Assembly: GCF_047600585.1 (NCBI RefSeq)
Contig: NZ_JASGKP010000001.1
Span: 3,213,823 to 3,277,822, forward strand
DNA length: 64,000 bases
Source of the DNA: Aestuariivirga sp.
GTDB lineage: Bacteria; Pseudomonadota; Alphaproteobacteria; Rhizobiales; Aestuariivirgaceae
Reading direction: 5' to 3'
Shown: positions 1 through 7,496 of the stretch, piece after piece
Layout of the letters: every line of letters begins with the position of its first letter
Numbering within the stretch: the stretch's first letter is position 1
Made by a program: the position numbers and the translations under genes
The notes under the pieces: generated by a model
Databases searched by the model: none
Told to the model about the DNA's origin: nothing
The model's input: the letters and a program-made list of their open reading frames with translations, nothing else

Positions 1-41
1 CTCGGGATTTCGCATTATTCAATCGGCAATGGAAAACACGG

Positions 42-461
42 ATGGCAAATCAAAGTATGCTTATGGCTGTCGCCGCGGCCTGTTCGGGTGACTTGGAGAA
101 TGATGGATCTTCGACCACTTCAGCAGATGTTAAGAGACGTGAGCTGGAGAAGGAGACAGGTCCGGTCACGGTACAGCAGCTGAAGGAACGTTATCCGGCT
201 GCTGCCGCAGCACTTATCGCTGAAGGAAAGGCAGCTGCCCGCATGGAGCAAGAGATATTGGAGCGCCTGCTGAAAGAGAACCAATCAGCCGGCGCCGCGC
301 AGGTGGCTGCGCCAGCCGTCTGTTGGAAAACTGGTGTCGACAAGCACAAGGAAGAGTGGGCGACCGATGCCAATCTGCGGAAGGAATTTTCCAGCGAGGC
401 TGCCTATCTCTGCTTCCGTAAGATGCAAGATGAAGGAAGAGTAAGGATTCTCAGCCGTTAA
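42..461 (+). CDS. Hypothetical protein resembling the C-terminal scaffolding (Nu3-like) region of lambdoid head protease/scaffold proteins
   Basis: 139-aa ORF followed by a terminator. Segments TVQQLKERYPAAAAALIAEG and EEWATDANLRKEFSSEAAYLCFRKMQDEGRVRIL recall phage S49/scaffold C-termini (from memory, not searched). Confidence 0.45.
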   Translation: MANQSMLMAVAAACSGDLENDGSSTTSADVKRRELEKETGPVTVQQLKERYPAAAAALIAEGKAAARMEQEILERLLKENQSAGAAQVAAPAVCWKTGVDKHKEEWATDANLRKEFSSEAAYLCFRKMQDEGRVRILSR

Positions 462-488
462 TCGGGCAATGTTTCCTGCCGTTGCTGC

Positions 489-523
489 AGCCTCTTCCCG
501 ATAAAGGGGAGAGGCTTTCTTTT
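489..523 (+). terminator. Rho-independent terminator after ORF 42-461
   Basis: AGCCTCTTCCC-gataaa-GGGGAGAGGCT followed by TTCTTTT. Confidence 0.7.
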
Positions 524-543
524 GCGAGTGTTGGTGGTTCCCA

Positions 544-632
544 GGGGCATAGGTTCTTCCTGCCAAATCCGCCTTCGCGGGTAGTTCGGACTATGCTCCC
601 GCTCCAGTTCGAGCGTTATCTGAGAGCCTAAA
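544..632 (+). repeat. Conserved 89-bp motif, copy 1 (putative phage packaging/cos-like site)
   Basis: GGGGCATAGGTTCTTCC-N15-CGCGGGTAGTTCGGAC-N8-CGCTCCAGT-N17-GCCTAAA; identical blocks and spacing recur at 8522-8610. Confidence 0.7.
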
Positions 633-664
633 CATGTGATGCGGTTTGGCGTCGCAGATGGAAT

Positions 665-1915
665 TCAATTCCCCTCATCTCTTGGGCGCATAAGCCTATG
701 AAAACTGCGTTGAGGTCGCAGTTGGAGAATATCGTCTGGCTCGATACCGGAAGCGCTCCTCCGACGGCTTCCGCGGGGTGTAATCACCTGAAGATCAGGA
801 CTCCTCATGATTGCTGCGCGAATGTCGTCACTGTGAGCGGGGGTCTCCCCGTAAATTACCCGGCGGAAATCGGCAACGCCAATAGTGTCCCCATAGCGAG
901 AGACCAAGCGGGGTATATCATCTGTGAGTTGATCAAGAGCCGATGCCCTGCCGACGTCGTCGAAAAGATACAGCTTTCCTTCTTCTGGCTTTTCATAAGT
1001 CAGCATCTTCAAACCTGATCTACCAAAATGAGCCTGCAAGGAAGCGTTGGCGTGCAGGATATCGTTGTAGACCTCGCGTGCTCTAGGGCTCTGCGCAAAA
1101 TGGAGCAGCCAGTAACTCCATCCTTTGTTCTTGTGCACAGAGAATGGGCTGACATACGGAGCACAACCATGAAAGACTTCAAATACAAGTCTCTCCGCCA
1201 GACCCAACCATAGCTGGTTAGTTAGGGTTGATTCACTCAGTCTCCTAATGTCGAAGTCCGGACCGAGAAAGGCGGTTTGCGCAGCCAGTTTTTTCGCGTC
1301 GCGTTTGTCCAGAAAAGCCAGAAACGAGTCGATCGAGAAGTTGTAGAACATCTCGATGTTCTTGAACGCATCAATGATGTCTCGAATGCTCTCTACCTGC
1401 ACTTGGCTATGGCCGCACTGATCCAGTATGAACAGGACATTTTCGAAGCCGTAGTGTTTAAGGCTGGTAATGAGGTAGGGGCAGATCTCCTCGAACTTTT
1501 TATCGTGGTACTTCACAGTCAGGTCGAGTTGGTCTCTGATTTCCTCCGCCTCAAGCAATAGGGGCGCTAGATTCTCTCGGAGAATTTGAATGGCAACAGA
1601 GTCTGCATCGTTGCAGATCATGAGACATTCGATGTGAAGCTCTGAGAATCCGTTGGCCTTCCTCACCAGATTGAGTGTTCGGGCTGCATTGACCAGCTCT
1701 TCGACAAAAATGAGTGGCGACCCCGGAGTGCCGTCTTTATATCGACCTGCTCCAGAAAATCCTTCGACTATGGCCAGCTTGAATTTCGATTGCCGTGGAT
1801 GTTGGCATCGGATGGAGATGTACTCCCGGAAATACTGCCGGAGGATCGTTAGCTTTGCCTTGGATTCTTCGCCAAGAACGGCGCCTCCGGACCAATCATA
1901 ATCGACCCGGACCAT
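665..1915 (-). CDS. tcmP: Three-Cys-motif partner protein TcmP (SAM-methyltransferase-like fold, C-terminal wHTH-like region)
   Basis: N-terminal SKAKLTILRQYFREY, EGFSGAGRY motif and FILDQCG motif; directly downstream of a DUF5131 gene. Confidence 0.85.
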   Translation of the reverse strand: MVRVDYDWSGGAVLGEESKAKLTILRQYFREYISIRCQHPRQSKFKLAIVEGFSGAGRYKDGTPGSPLIFVEELVNAARTLNLVRKANGFSELHIECLMICNDADSVAIQILRENLAPLLLEAEEIRDQLDLTVKYHDKKFEEICPYLITSLKHYGFENVLFILDQCGHSQVQVESIRDIIDAFKNIEMFYNFSIDSFLAFLDKRDAKKLAAQTAFLGPDFDIRRLSESTLTNQLWLGLAERLVFEVFHGCAPYVSPFSVHKNKGWSYWLLHFAQSPRAREVYNDILHANASLQAHFGRSGLKMLTYEKPEEGKLYLFDDVGRASALDQLTDDIPRLVSRYGDTIGVADFRRVIYGETPAHSDDIRAAIMRSPDLQVITPRGSRRRSASGIEPDDILQLRPQRSFHRLMRPRDEGN

Positions 1916-1924
1916 GGAATTATC

Positions 1925-2701
1925 TCACGGCGCCGCGTGCGACCCGGGCATCTCGTCCCAGGTCCGGCCACGGTATTCTCGTCCGTTTGCTTTCTTCGAT
2001 CGCTTTTTGTTGTCCTTGCCCCAAGTTCCCCACTGTTTGAAGAAGAATGCAGTGCCAGCATCAGTGCACTGGTTATAAATCTCATCGATCCACTCTTCGC
2101 GGATCGGACGCGCCTGGCGGCCACTCTCTCCACCGACTATTGCCCAGTGAATGCCGTGCAGATCGATTTCGCCGACCGGCCCGATCAGTGGCTCAAACGA
2201 GATGAAGCGAATTTTGGCCCTGACGTGCCGGATCGCATCGGCGCGGTCGACATGTTCTGCATTTTCAATGCTCGTGCCGAGCCATACATTTTCCAGTGGC
2301 GGGCCGAGACGATTGACAACCTCGGCCATTCGTTCAGGGCGCTTCGTCAAAATTTGGTAGTGGTGACGCGGTGTGCGCTCCATCACGTCCCACACTTCTC
2401 GTATGAATGCCTCCGAAACTCGTTCGTGGAACAGATCGCTCATGGAGTTCACAAAGATTTTGCGAGGCTTTTTCCATCTGTCTGGGATGCCGAGCGCACC
2501 GCGATCTTCCCTGACCACCCCATTCCAAACCGCTCTATTGCCGCTCCTGCGGACAAGGCCGCGATACTTGGGTATCCCCATGGCCTGCAGACGCTTTGCC
2601 ATCTCCATGGCGTAGCAGTTTGTGCAGCCAGCACTGACTATCGAGCAGCCAGCGACTGGGTTCCAAGTGGAGTCGGTCCACTCAATCTGTGTCTCGGCCA
2701 T
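1925..2701 (-). CDS. DUF5131 / phage Gp37-Gp68 family three-Cys (radical-SAM-like) protein
   Basis: IEWTDSTWNPVAGCSIVSAGCTNCYA, IFVNSMSDLFH, QILTKRPER, FISFEPL, WAIVGGESG, FFFKQWG, LRGRTWDEMP-like end: all hallmark motifs. Confidence 0.93.
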   Translation of the reverse strand: MAETQIEWTDSTWNPVAGCSIVSAGCTNCYAMEMAKRLQAMGIPKYRGLVRRSGNRAVWNGVVREDRGALGIPDRWKKPRKIFVNSMSDLFHERVSEAFIREVWDVMERTPRHHYQILTKRPERMAEVVNRLGPPLENVWLGTSIENAEHVDRADAIRHVRAKIRFISFEPLIGPVGEIDLHGIHWAIVGGESGRQARPIREEWIDEIYNQCTDAGTAFFFKQWGTWGKDNKKRSKKANGREYRGRTWDEMPGSHAAP

Positions 2702-2764
2702 GGCGCCTCCTACGTTGAGAATATCATCTTCTGGAGTTTTCGCCAGCTATTGGAGGTTTCCGGT

Positions 2765-2784
2765 TTCATGGAAAATTCCATGAA
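2765..2784. promoter_or_regulatory. Palindromic operator in the divergent DUF5131/HTH intergenic region
   Basis: Perfect 9-bp inverted repeat TTCATGGAA-AA-TTCCATGAA. Confidence 0.55.
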
Positions 2785-2867
2785 TAATCCAATTTGCTCC
2801 GGCGACCTCTGTGCGGCCATCTGGGGCGAGCGATCCCCAAGGAACGCGCTCCACAGAGGAAGCCTAA

Positions 2868-3095
2868 ATGCATACAAAGATCACTCCCTTTCCGGCGCCT
2901 TCGCTACTGAACGAGCACCAGGCAGCCGAGGTTCTCAATCTCACTGTCTCCTCCCTCCGCAACTGGCGTCTCCGTGGGGACGGACCTACCTTCATCAAGG
3001 CCGGCAGGTTGGTCCGCTATCGCCCGTCCGATCTGGACGACTGGGTCAACAGGCGCGCGTTTGCCAGCACCTCCCAGATGGGACGGTCCGCGTGA
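2868..3095 (+). CDS. AlpA/excisionase-like helix-turn-helix protein
   Basis: LLNEHQAAEVLNLTVSSLRNWRLRGDGPTFIKAGRLVRYRPSDLDDW is a typical MerR-like/AlpA HTH. Confidence 0.9.
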   Translation: MHTKITPFPAPSLLNEHQAAEVLNLTVSSLRNWRLRGDGPTFIKAGRLVRYRPSDLDDWVNRRAFASTSQMGRSA

Positions 3096-3544
3096 GGACG
3101 CCAGCCAAACGAGAGAGACACGGCCCCGGCGCGCGGGACATCCTGAGCGCCGAATTTCGCAAGCAGCAGCGTCCTCGCCTTCGGGTTCAGGAGATGCGTC
3201 AGCTCATCGAGCTTGGCGCCACCGCTCGGGCTTTCCACCGCGCCTTGGTCACCGGTTTCTGTACGCCTGGTGCATTCGATCTGCGGAAGGCCATTCGGCC
3301 GTTGTCCCGTCCGAATTTCGGAGAAGGGCCTGTCCTGACGTTCCAGAGCTACCTCGACAGACGAGCGTGCGAGCTCGTGCCGAGAGATATGGACACGGAG
3401 AACCTTGCCCTCCGGGTCGCCTTCGGAGAGCCGCTGCTTCTGCAGGAACAGCTGCATCTCATTCGGGCGGCCGGGATTGCTGAGCAGTCCAGGATGGCGG
3501 CAGCGAGGATATCTCCGGCCAAGGTCAAACGGAGGCCGAAATGA
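3092..3544 (+). CDS. Hypothetical satellite protein
   Basis: GTG start overlapping the HTH stop (GTGA); stop overlaps the next ATG (ATGA). It is the C-terminal part of track ORF 1937-3544. Confidence 0.6.
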   Translation: MRTPAKRERHGPGARDILSAEFRKQQRPRLRVQEMRQLIELGATARAFHRALVTGFCTPGAFDLRKAIRPLSRPNFGEGPVLTFQSYLDRRACELVPRDMDTENLALRVAFGEPLLLQEQLHLIRAAGIAEQSRMAAARISPAKVKRRPK

Positions 3545-4359
3545 AGCTCATCGCAAAAGCGAAGCAGGCTCCCGAAGGAGCCTGCCCGGCGTCTGAGGCG
3601 CCTCGAATCCACTCGGCAGGCTTTACTGCCCGGATCAGCTGCAGTGCCAAGACACGCGAGTTTCCTGGTGCCTGCCGGCGTTCTTGCCAGAAACGCAATC
3701 GACCGCGGATTTGGGCACGGCCGACGTCTTCGAAACTGCAGTGTGCGTGGATGCGTGTCGAGAGAGATTTATGCATGCAGAACAGCAACCATAAAGCGAA
3801 ACAGGCCCCCGAAGGAGCCTGCCCGATGCATGGTTTCCGTTTCACTTCCTCGAGCAGCTGGGTGCCCCATGAACGTGAAATCGAACCGGCGGTGGTTCGC
3901 CGTTCCGTGCCATCTCGCACTTGGCTGCACCTTGTGCGGCGAAACCGGTCCTTGGAGAAGCCGGGATTCGCGACGGCAAATATGCAGGCCATTTGGCAGA
4001 GTGTCGAGACTTCTAGGCCCGTGGACAGCAGACAGCAGGCCCTCGGAAGGGCCCGCTTGACGATGGGGGCAAATCAGAACATGTTGTCAGCGGGCTTAGA
4101 AACCCTGACAACGATAGAGCTGGAAGCGGTTGGCGCCGCATTCGAGCTGACGCGAGCAACCTTCACGGTTGCCGCAGCGAAGCGCCTTGGCGGGCGCTCC
4201 ACACCCGTCCTTTATGGCCGGGGGAGAGCGCTATGTCCAGAGCTCACGCTTAAAACCGCTCTGCCTGTCTCGTTGCAGGTTTCTAACCCCCGGCTTCCAG
4301 GTCCGCCACCTGGAGCAACGGGCCTTAGAAAGCCCTTCGACAACGAGGACTCCCCATGA
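3541..4359 (+). CDS. Uncertain hypothetical ORF; internal start at 3775 possible, and the 3' part overlaps a regulatory RNA region
   Basis: ATGA overlaps at both ends; contains the duplicated peptide KAKQAPEGACP. The 3' third coincides with a promoter-like site and structured RNA, so the coding extent is doubtful. Confidence 0.35.
   Translation: MKLIAKAKQAPEGACPASEAPRIHSAGFTARISCSAKTREFPGACRRSCQKRNRPRIWARPTSSKLQCAWMRVERDLCMQNSNHKAKQAPEGACPMHGFRFTSSSSWVPHEREIEPAVVRRSVPSRTWLHLVRRNRSLEKPGFATANMQAIWQSVETSRPVDSRQQALGRARLTMGANQNMLSAGLETLTTIELEAVGAAFELTRATFTVAAAKRLGGRSTPVLYGRGRALCPELTLKTALPVSLQVSNPRLPGPPPGATGLRKPFDNEDSP
3556..3825 (+). repeat. Two 33-nt direct repeats (3556-3588, 3793-3825), each containing a hairpin
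   Basis: AAAGCGAAGCAGGCTCCCGAAGGAGCCTGCCCG vs AAAGCGAAACAGGCCCCCGAAGGAGCCTGCCCG (31/33 identical); stem CAGGCTCC-CGAA-GGAGCCTG. Confidence 0.85.
4212..4313 (+). ncRNA. C4/CI-like antisense RNA (phage P1 C4 / P4 CI type immunity switch)
   Basis: Starts TTATGGCCGGGG. GCCGGGGG(4217-4224) pairs with CCCCCGGC(4287-4294), AGAGCG with CGCTCT, and there is a terminal hairpin CCAGGT-CCGCC-ACCTGG. The segment TCGTTG-CA-GGTTTCTAA (4270-4286) is complementary to sites at 4096-4114 and 4325-4346. Confidence 0.65.
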
Positions 4360-4685
4360 ATATCTCCCGCCGCGACTTTGTCGCCGGCTGCGGTGCACTC
4401 ACCGTAGCTTCCGTTCCCGCCCATGCAGACGAACCGGAAATCTCCGAATTCGTCACGCGTGTCGAATCCTGCGGTATGACGATTTTTGCGACCACGCTCG
4501 AAGGAGTGCCGGCGCTTCATCTCCACATTGATCTCACGGTCGAGTCGCCAGATTTGGAGGTCGACCGCGATGAAGTCTTCGAGCAGCTGGCCGCATGGAA
4601 GAAGCTCTCCGACTGGCAAAAGCGTCGACAGAGGATCATCCACTATCTCGTCACCACCGGCCGCAGTTATGGGGTGACGGTATGA
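4356..4685 (+). CDS. Small hypothetical protein with a twin-arginine-like signal peptide
   Basis: RBS GAGGA at 4345-4349; N-terminus MNISRRDFVAGCGALTVASVPAHA (SRRxF, hydrophobic stretch, AxA). Confidence 0.7.
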   Translation: MNISRRDFVAGCGALTVASVPAHADEPEISEFVTRVESCGMTIFATTLEGVPALHLHIDLTVESPDLEVDRDEVFEQLAAWKKLSDWQKRRQRIIHYLVTTGRSYGVTV

Positions 4686-4861
4686 AGCGCCTCACCCGTC
4701 GACGGACCTGGGCGAGCTTCCAGCAGAGAGAGAGGCGCGGACTTGTCCGCGCCTTCAGTCTCCGCCTCCCCCGAAAATTTCAAGCGAACAGGTGTTATTC
4801 AACTGCATCTCATCTCCCGGTGCACCGTCCTGCTCCTCACGATCCGCGGGGTGCAAAATGA
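4682..4861 (+). CDS. Small basic hypothetical protein
   Basis: ATGA overlaps with both neighbours (MKRLTRRRTW...). Confidence 0.5.
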   Translation: MKRLTRRRTWASFQQRERRGLVRAFSLRLPRKFQANRCYSTASHLPVHRPAPHDPRGAK

Positions 4862-5169
4862 AGCCGTCGCGCAAAATCGATTTCGCCCGGATCAATGCCC
4901 GAGCGCTCGCAAGTGCAGACTCCATCCTCGTCCGATGGCTGCCAGACGGCCGCCGCGAAGGCACTGAATGGGTAGCCCTGAACCCGCGGCGCAGCGACAA
5001 GCGCCGGGGATCCTTCAAGGTCAACCTCCACACCGGGAAGTGGGGTGACTTCGCTGCCGGCGCGAGTGGTGGTGATCTCGTCTCGCTCGCGGCCTACCTC
5101 TTCGACCTCGGCCAAGGAGAGGCGGCCCTCAAGGTGTCGGACATGTTGGGAGTGGACCCACATGTCTGA
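4858..5169 (+). CDS. Primase N-terminal (zinc-binding-domain-like) protein, stand-alone
   Basis: WLPDGRREGTEWVALNPRRSDKRRGSFKVNLHTGKWGDFAAGASGGDLVSLAAYL is typical of satellite/phage primase N-domains. Confidence 0.75.
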   Translation: MKPSRKIDFARINARALASADSILVRWLPDGRREGTEWVALNPRRSDKRRGSFKVNLHTGKWGDFAAGASGGDLVSLAAYLFDLGQGEAALKVSDMLGVDPHV

Positions 5170-7342
5170 CCCCTTCGCTCCGATCCATACCGCCGATGAC
5201 CCTCCGCGTTCTAAGGCGAAGCAGGATACCTGGGAGGTCATCTCACCAGTTCCTGACGAAGCTCCCGCTCCTCCCGCTGAGCACTACTCACGAGGCAAGC
5301 CGTCCCGCAGCTGGCAGTACCTGGATGCCACAGGGAAGCTCCTCGGCTTCGTGTGGCGCTTCGACACTGAGGAAGGTGAAAAGGAGTTCCTGCCGCTCAC
5401 CTACTGCCGCAAGGCAGACGGATCGGGCGCCAGCTGGAGGTTCAAGTCCTGGACCGCGCCGCGCCCGCTCTACGGGCTCAGGAAGCTCGCTGTCTCTCCG
5501 TTCCCGGCGGTTCTAGTCTGTGAGGGTGAAAAAGCTGCAGACGCGGCCCAGAGGCTCCTGCCGGACCTTGTAACGGTCACCAGCCCGGGAGGGTCAAAGG
5601 CGGCCACAAAGGCAGACTGGAGCTCGCTGGCCGGGCGGGACGTGGCCATCTGGCCAGATAACGATGCTGCCGGCAAAGACTATGCGGAACAAGTTGCCCG
5701 CTTCGCCCGAAAGGCCAAGGCCATTTCGGTGGTGGTAATCACGCCGCCGGCCGGCGTTGCACAAGGTTGGGATGCGGCCGACGCGGAAGCGGAGGGTTTC
5801 AGCCCGGACCACCTGAAGGCACTGATCGATGGCGCCAAGGTTCTCAATCGCGAGTCTTCAGACGCCGCCGATGAAAAGCCCGAAGATGACGAGCCCAAGC
5901 GGCGGAGGCCCCGCCAGTCGACCGAGACTATTGATCTCCTCGACAGCCTTGATGTCGAGTTTTGGATTGATCAGGACGGTGAAGCCTTCGCAAGTGTTCC
6001 CGTGAATGGCCACTTCGAGAACAGGTCACTCAGATCGAAGGAGTTCAAGAGATGGCTCGCTGGCCAGCAATACCGCGCCACCGGTGGCGCCATCAGCTCA
6101 CAGGTGCTAGAGGACAGCCTTCGCGTGCTGGAAGCGCGAGCCTCGATCGATGGCCAGCAGTACGACACCTGGCGCCGTGTCGGGGAACACAGCGGGAAGA
6201 TCTACATCGACCTTGGCGATGCCTCCTGGCGAGCCGTCGAAGTGACGTCGCTCGGATGGAAGGTCATCAGCAATCCGCCCTGCAAGTTCATCCGCGGTAG
6301 CGCAATCCGCGCACTGCCGGAGCCCCTTATGGGCGGCTCAGTGGATGCTCTGAGGGGGTTCTTCAATTTTGAGAGTGACGATGAGTTCCAGCTGTTGGTC
6401 ATGTGGACCGTTCAGGCGCTCCGATCAAAAGGACCCTACCCGGTTCTTTGCATCAATGGCGAGCAAGGCTCTGGCAAAAGCATCCTGACGCAGGTGCTGC
6501 GATCGCTGACCGATCCGAACGGCGCTCCACTACGCGCTGCGCCCGGCGACGATCGGGACCTCTTTGTGATGGCAAACAACGCATGGGTCCTTGCCCTCGA
6601 CAATCTCTCCAGCATTTCCGAATGGCTGAGCGACGCACTGTGCCGGGTTTCAACTGGTGGCGGCTTTTCCACCCGTACCCTGCACAGCGACAAGGACGAG
6701 ACATTCTTCTATCTGCAGAGGCCGATCATCCTCAATGGCATTCCCTCACTCACGAACCGGCCGGATCTAGCAGATCGATCGGTGTCCCTCTTCCTCAAGG
6801 CAATGCCGGCCGGCAGACGGAGAGCGGAAGAAGAGTTCTGGAAGGACTTTGACAAGGCCGCGCCCGAGATCCTCGGGGCTCTGCTTGACGGTGTCTCGGC
6901 CGGCCTTCGCAATGTCGACAAGGTCAAGATTGCGGAAGTTCCCCGCATGGCAGATTTTACAAAGTGGATGTTGGCAACCGAGCCTGGCCTTGGTTTCAAG
7001 GAGGGATCCACCTTCGCAGCCTACCAAGAGAACCGTCGAGAGATCTCCGAGACGACTTATGAGGCCGATCCAGTCGCGGTGGCGATCGCCAACCTTGCCA
7101 AGCACAAGGGCAGTTTGGATTGTGGTGTCTCCGAGCTACTGACTATGCTCAACGATGCCTCTCCCGAAGCGCTACGCAAGTCCAGGAGCTGGCCCGCGAG
7201 CCCAACCGGTCTCGGCTCGAAGATCCGGCGAGTCGCTCAAGTCCTCCGCGATCAAGGATTCCTGATCGATTTCGGTCACTCCGGGAAGCGCTTCGTGCGG
7301 ATCATTGCGCCGGCTGAATTGGAGCTCCAGGCTGGGAGGTAG
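5162..7342 (+). CDS. Toprim primase - P-loop helicase fusion (satellite replication protein)
   Basis: Toprim VLVCEGEKAADA...IWPDNDAAG; Walker A NGEQGSGKS; ALDNLS; IILNGI; RPDLADRS. Start ATG 5162 overlaps the upstream ORF. Confidence 0.88.
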   Translation: MSDPFAPIHTADDPPRSKAKQDTWEVISPVPDEAPAPPAEHYSRGKPSRSWQYLDATGKLLGFVWRFDTEEGEKEFLPLTYCRKADGSGASWRFKSWTAPRPLYGLRKLAVSPFPAVLVCEGEKAADAAQRLLPDLVTVTSPGGSKAATKADWSSLAGRDVAIWPDNDAAGKDYAEQVARFARKAKAISVVVITPPAGVAQGWDAADAEAEGFSPDHLKALIDGAKVLNRESSDAADEKPEDDEPKRRRPRQSTETIDLLDSLDVEFWIDQDGEAFASVPVNGHFENRSLRSKEFKRWLAGQQYRATGGAISSQVLEDSLRVLEARASIDGQQYDTWRRVGEHSGKIYIDLGDASWRAVEVTSLGWKVISNPPCKFIRGSAIRALPEPLMGGSVDALRGFFNFESDDEFQLLVMWTVQALRSKGPYPVLCINGEQGSGKSILTQVLRSLTDPNGAPLRAAPGDDRDLFVMANNAWVLALDNLSSISEWLSDALCRVSTGGGFSTRTLHSDKDETFFYLQRPIILNGIPSLTNRPDLADRSVSLFLKAMPAGRRRAEEEFWKDFDKAAPEILGALLDGVSAGLRNVDKVKIAEVPRMADFTKWMLATEPGLGFKEGSTFAAYQENRREISETTYEADPVAVAIANLAKHKGSLDCGVSELLTMLNDASPEALRKSRSWPASPTGLGSKIRRVAQVLRDQGFLIDFGHSGKRFVRIIAPAELELQAGR

Positions 7343-7420
7343 GGGAAAATTAATCTTTTGGTAAGATTCTGTTCCAGCTTGGGGAATTCTCATCGCATTT
7401 CCCTGGAACGGTGCGTGGGG

Positions 7421-7477
7421 TTGACGAGTTCAACATGTATCACTAAGGTCTGTTTTTAATCAACAAAAACAGACCTT
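7421..7477 (+). promoter_or_regulatory. Sigma70-like promoter overlapped by a 13-bp inverted-repeat operator
   Basis: TTGACG-N17-TAAGGT (7421-7449); AAGGTCTGTTTTT-AATCAAC-AAAAACAGACCTT (7445-7477). Confidence 0.65.
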
Positions 7478-7496
7478 TATTTCAGGGAAGCGCGTC

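Noticed and set aside
585-599. LexA-box-like GTTC-N7-GCTC (and GTTC-N7-GTAC in copy 2) inside the 89-bp motif
   Set aside because: Each has one mismatch, the second half-site differs between copies, and no gene start follows in the right position; probably coincidental.
1937-3544. 535-aa ORF on +
   Set aside because: Its first two-thirds are the antisense shadow of DUF5131 and an intergenic region; only the GTG-started 3092-3544 part fits the operon's overlap pattern.
5130-5170. Programmed frameshift fusing the primase N-domain to the Toprim-helicase
   Set aside because: No slippery heptamer or stimulatory structure was seen, and the downstream ORF has its own overlapping ATG.
7350-7364. 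CtrA-like TTAA-N7-GTAA after the helicase
   Set aside because: A single imperfect match in AT-rich mobile DNA, about 60 nt upstream of the predicted -35; not distinguishable from chance.
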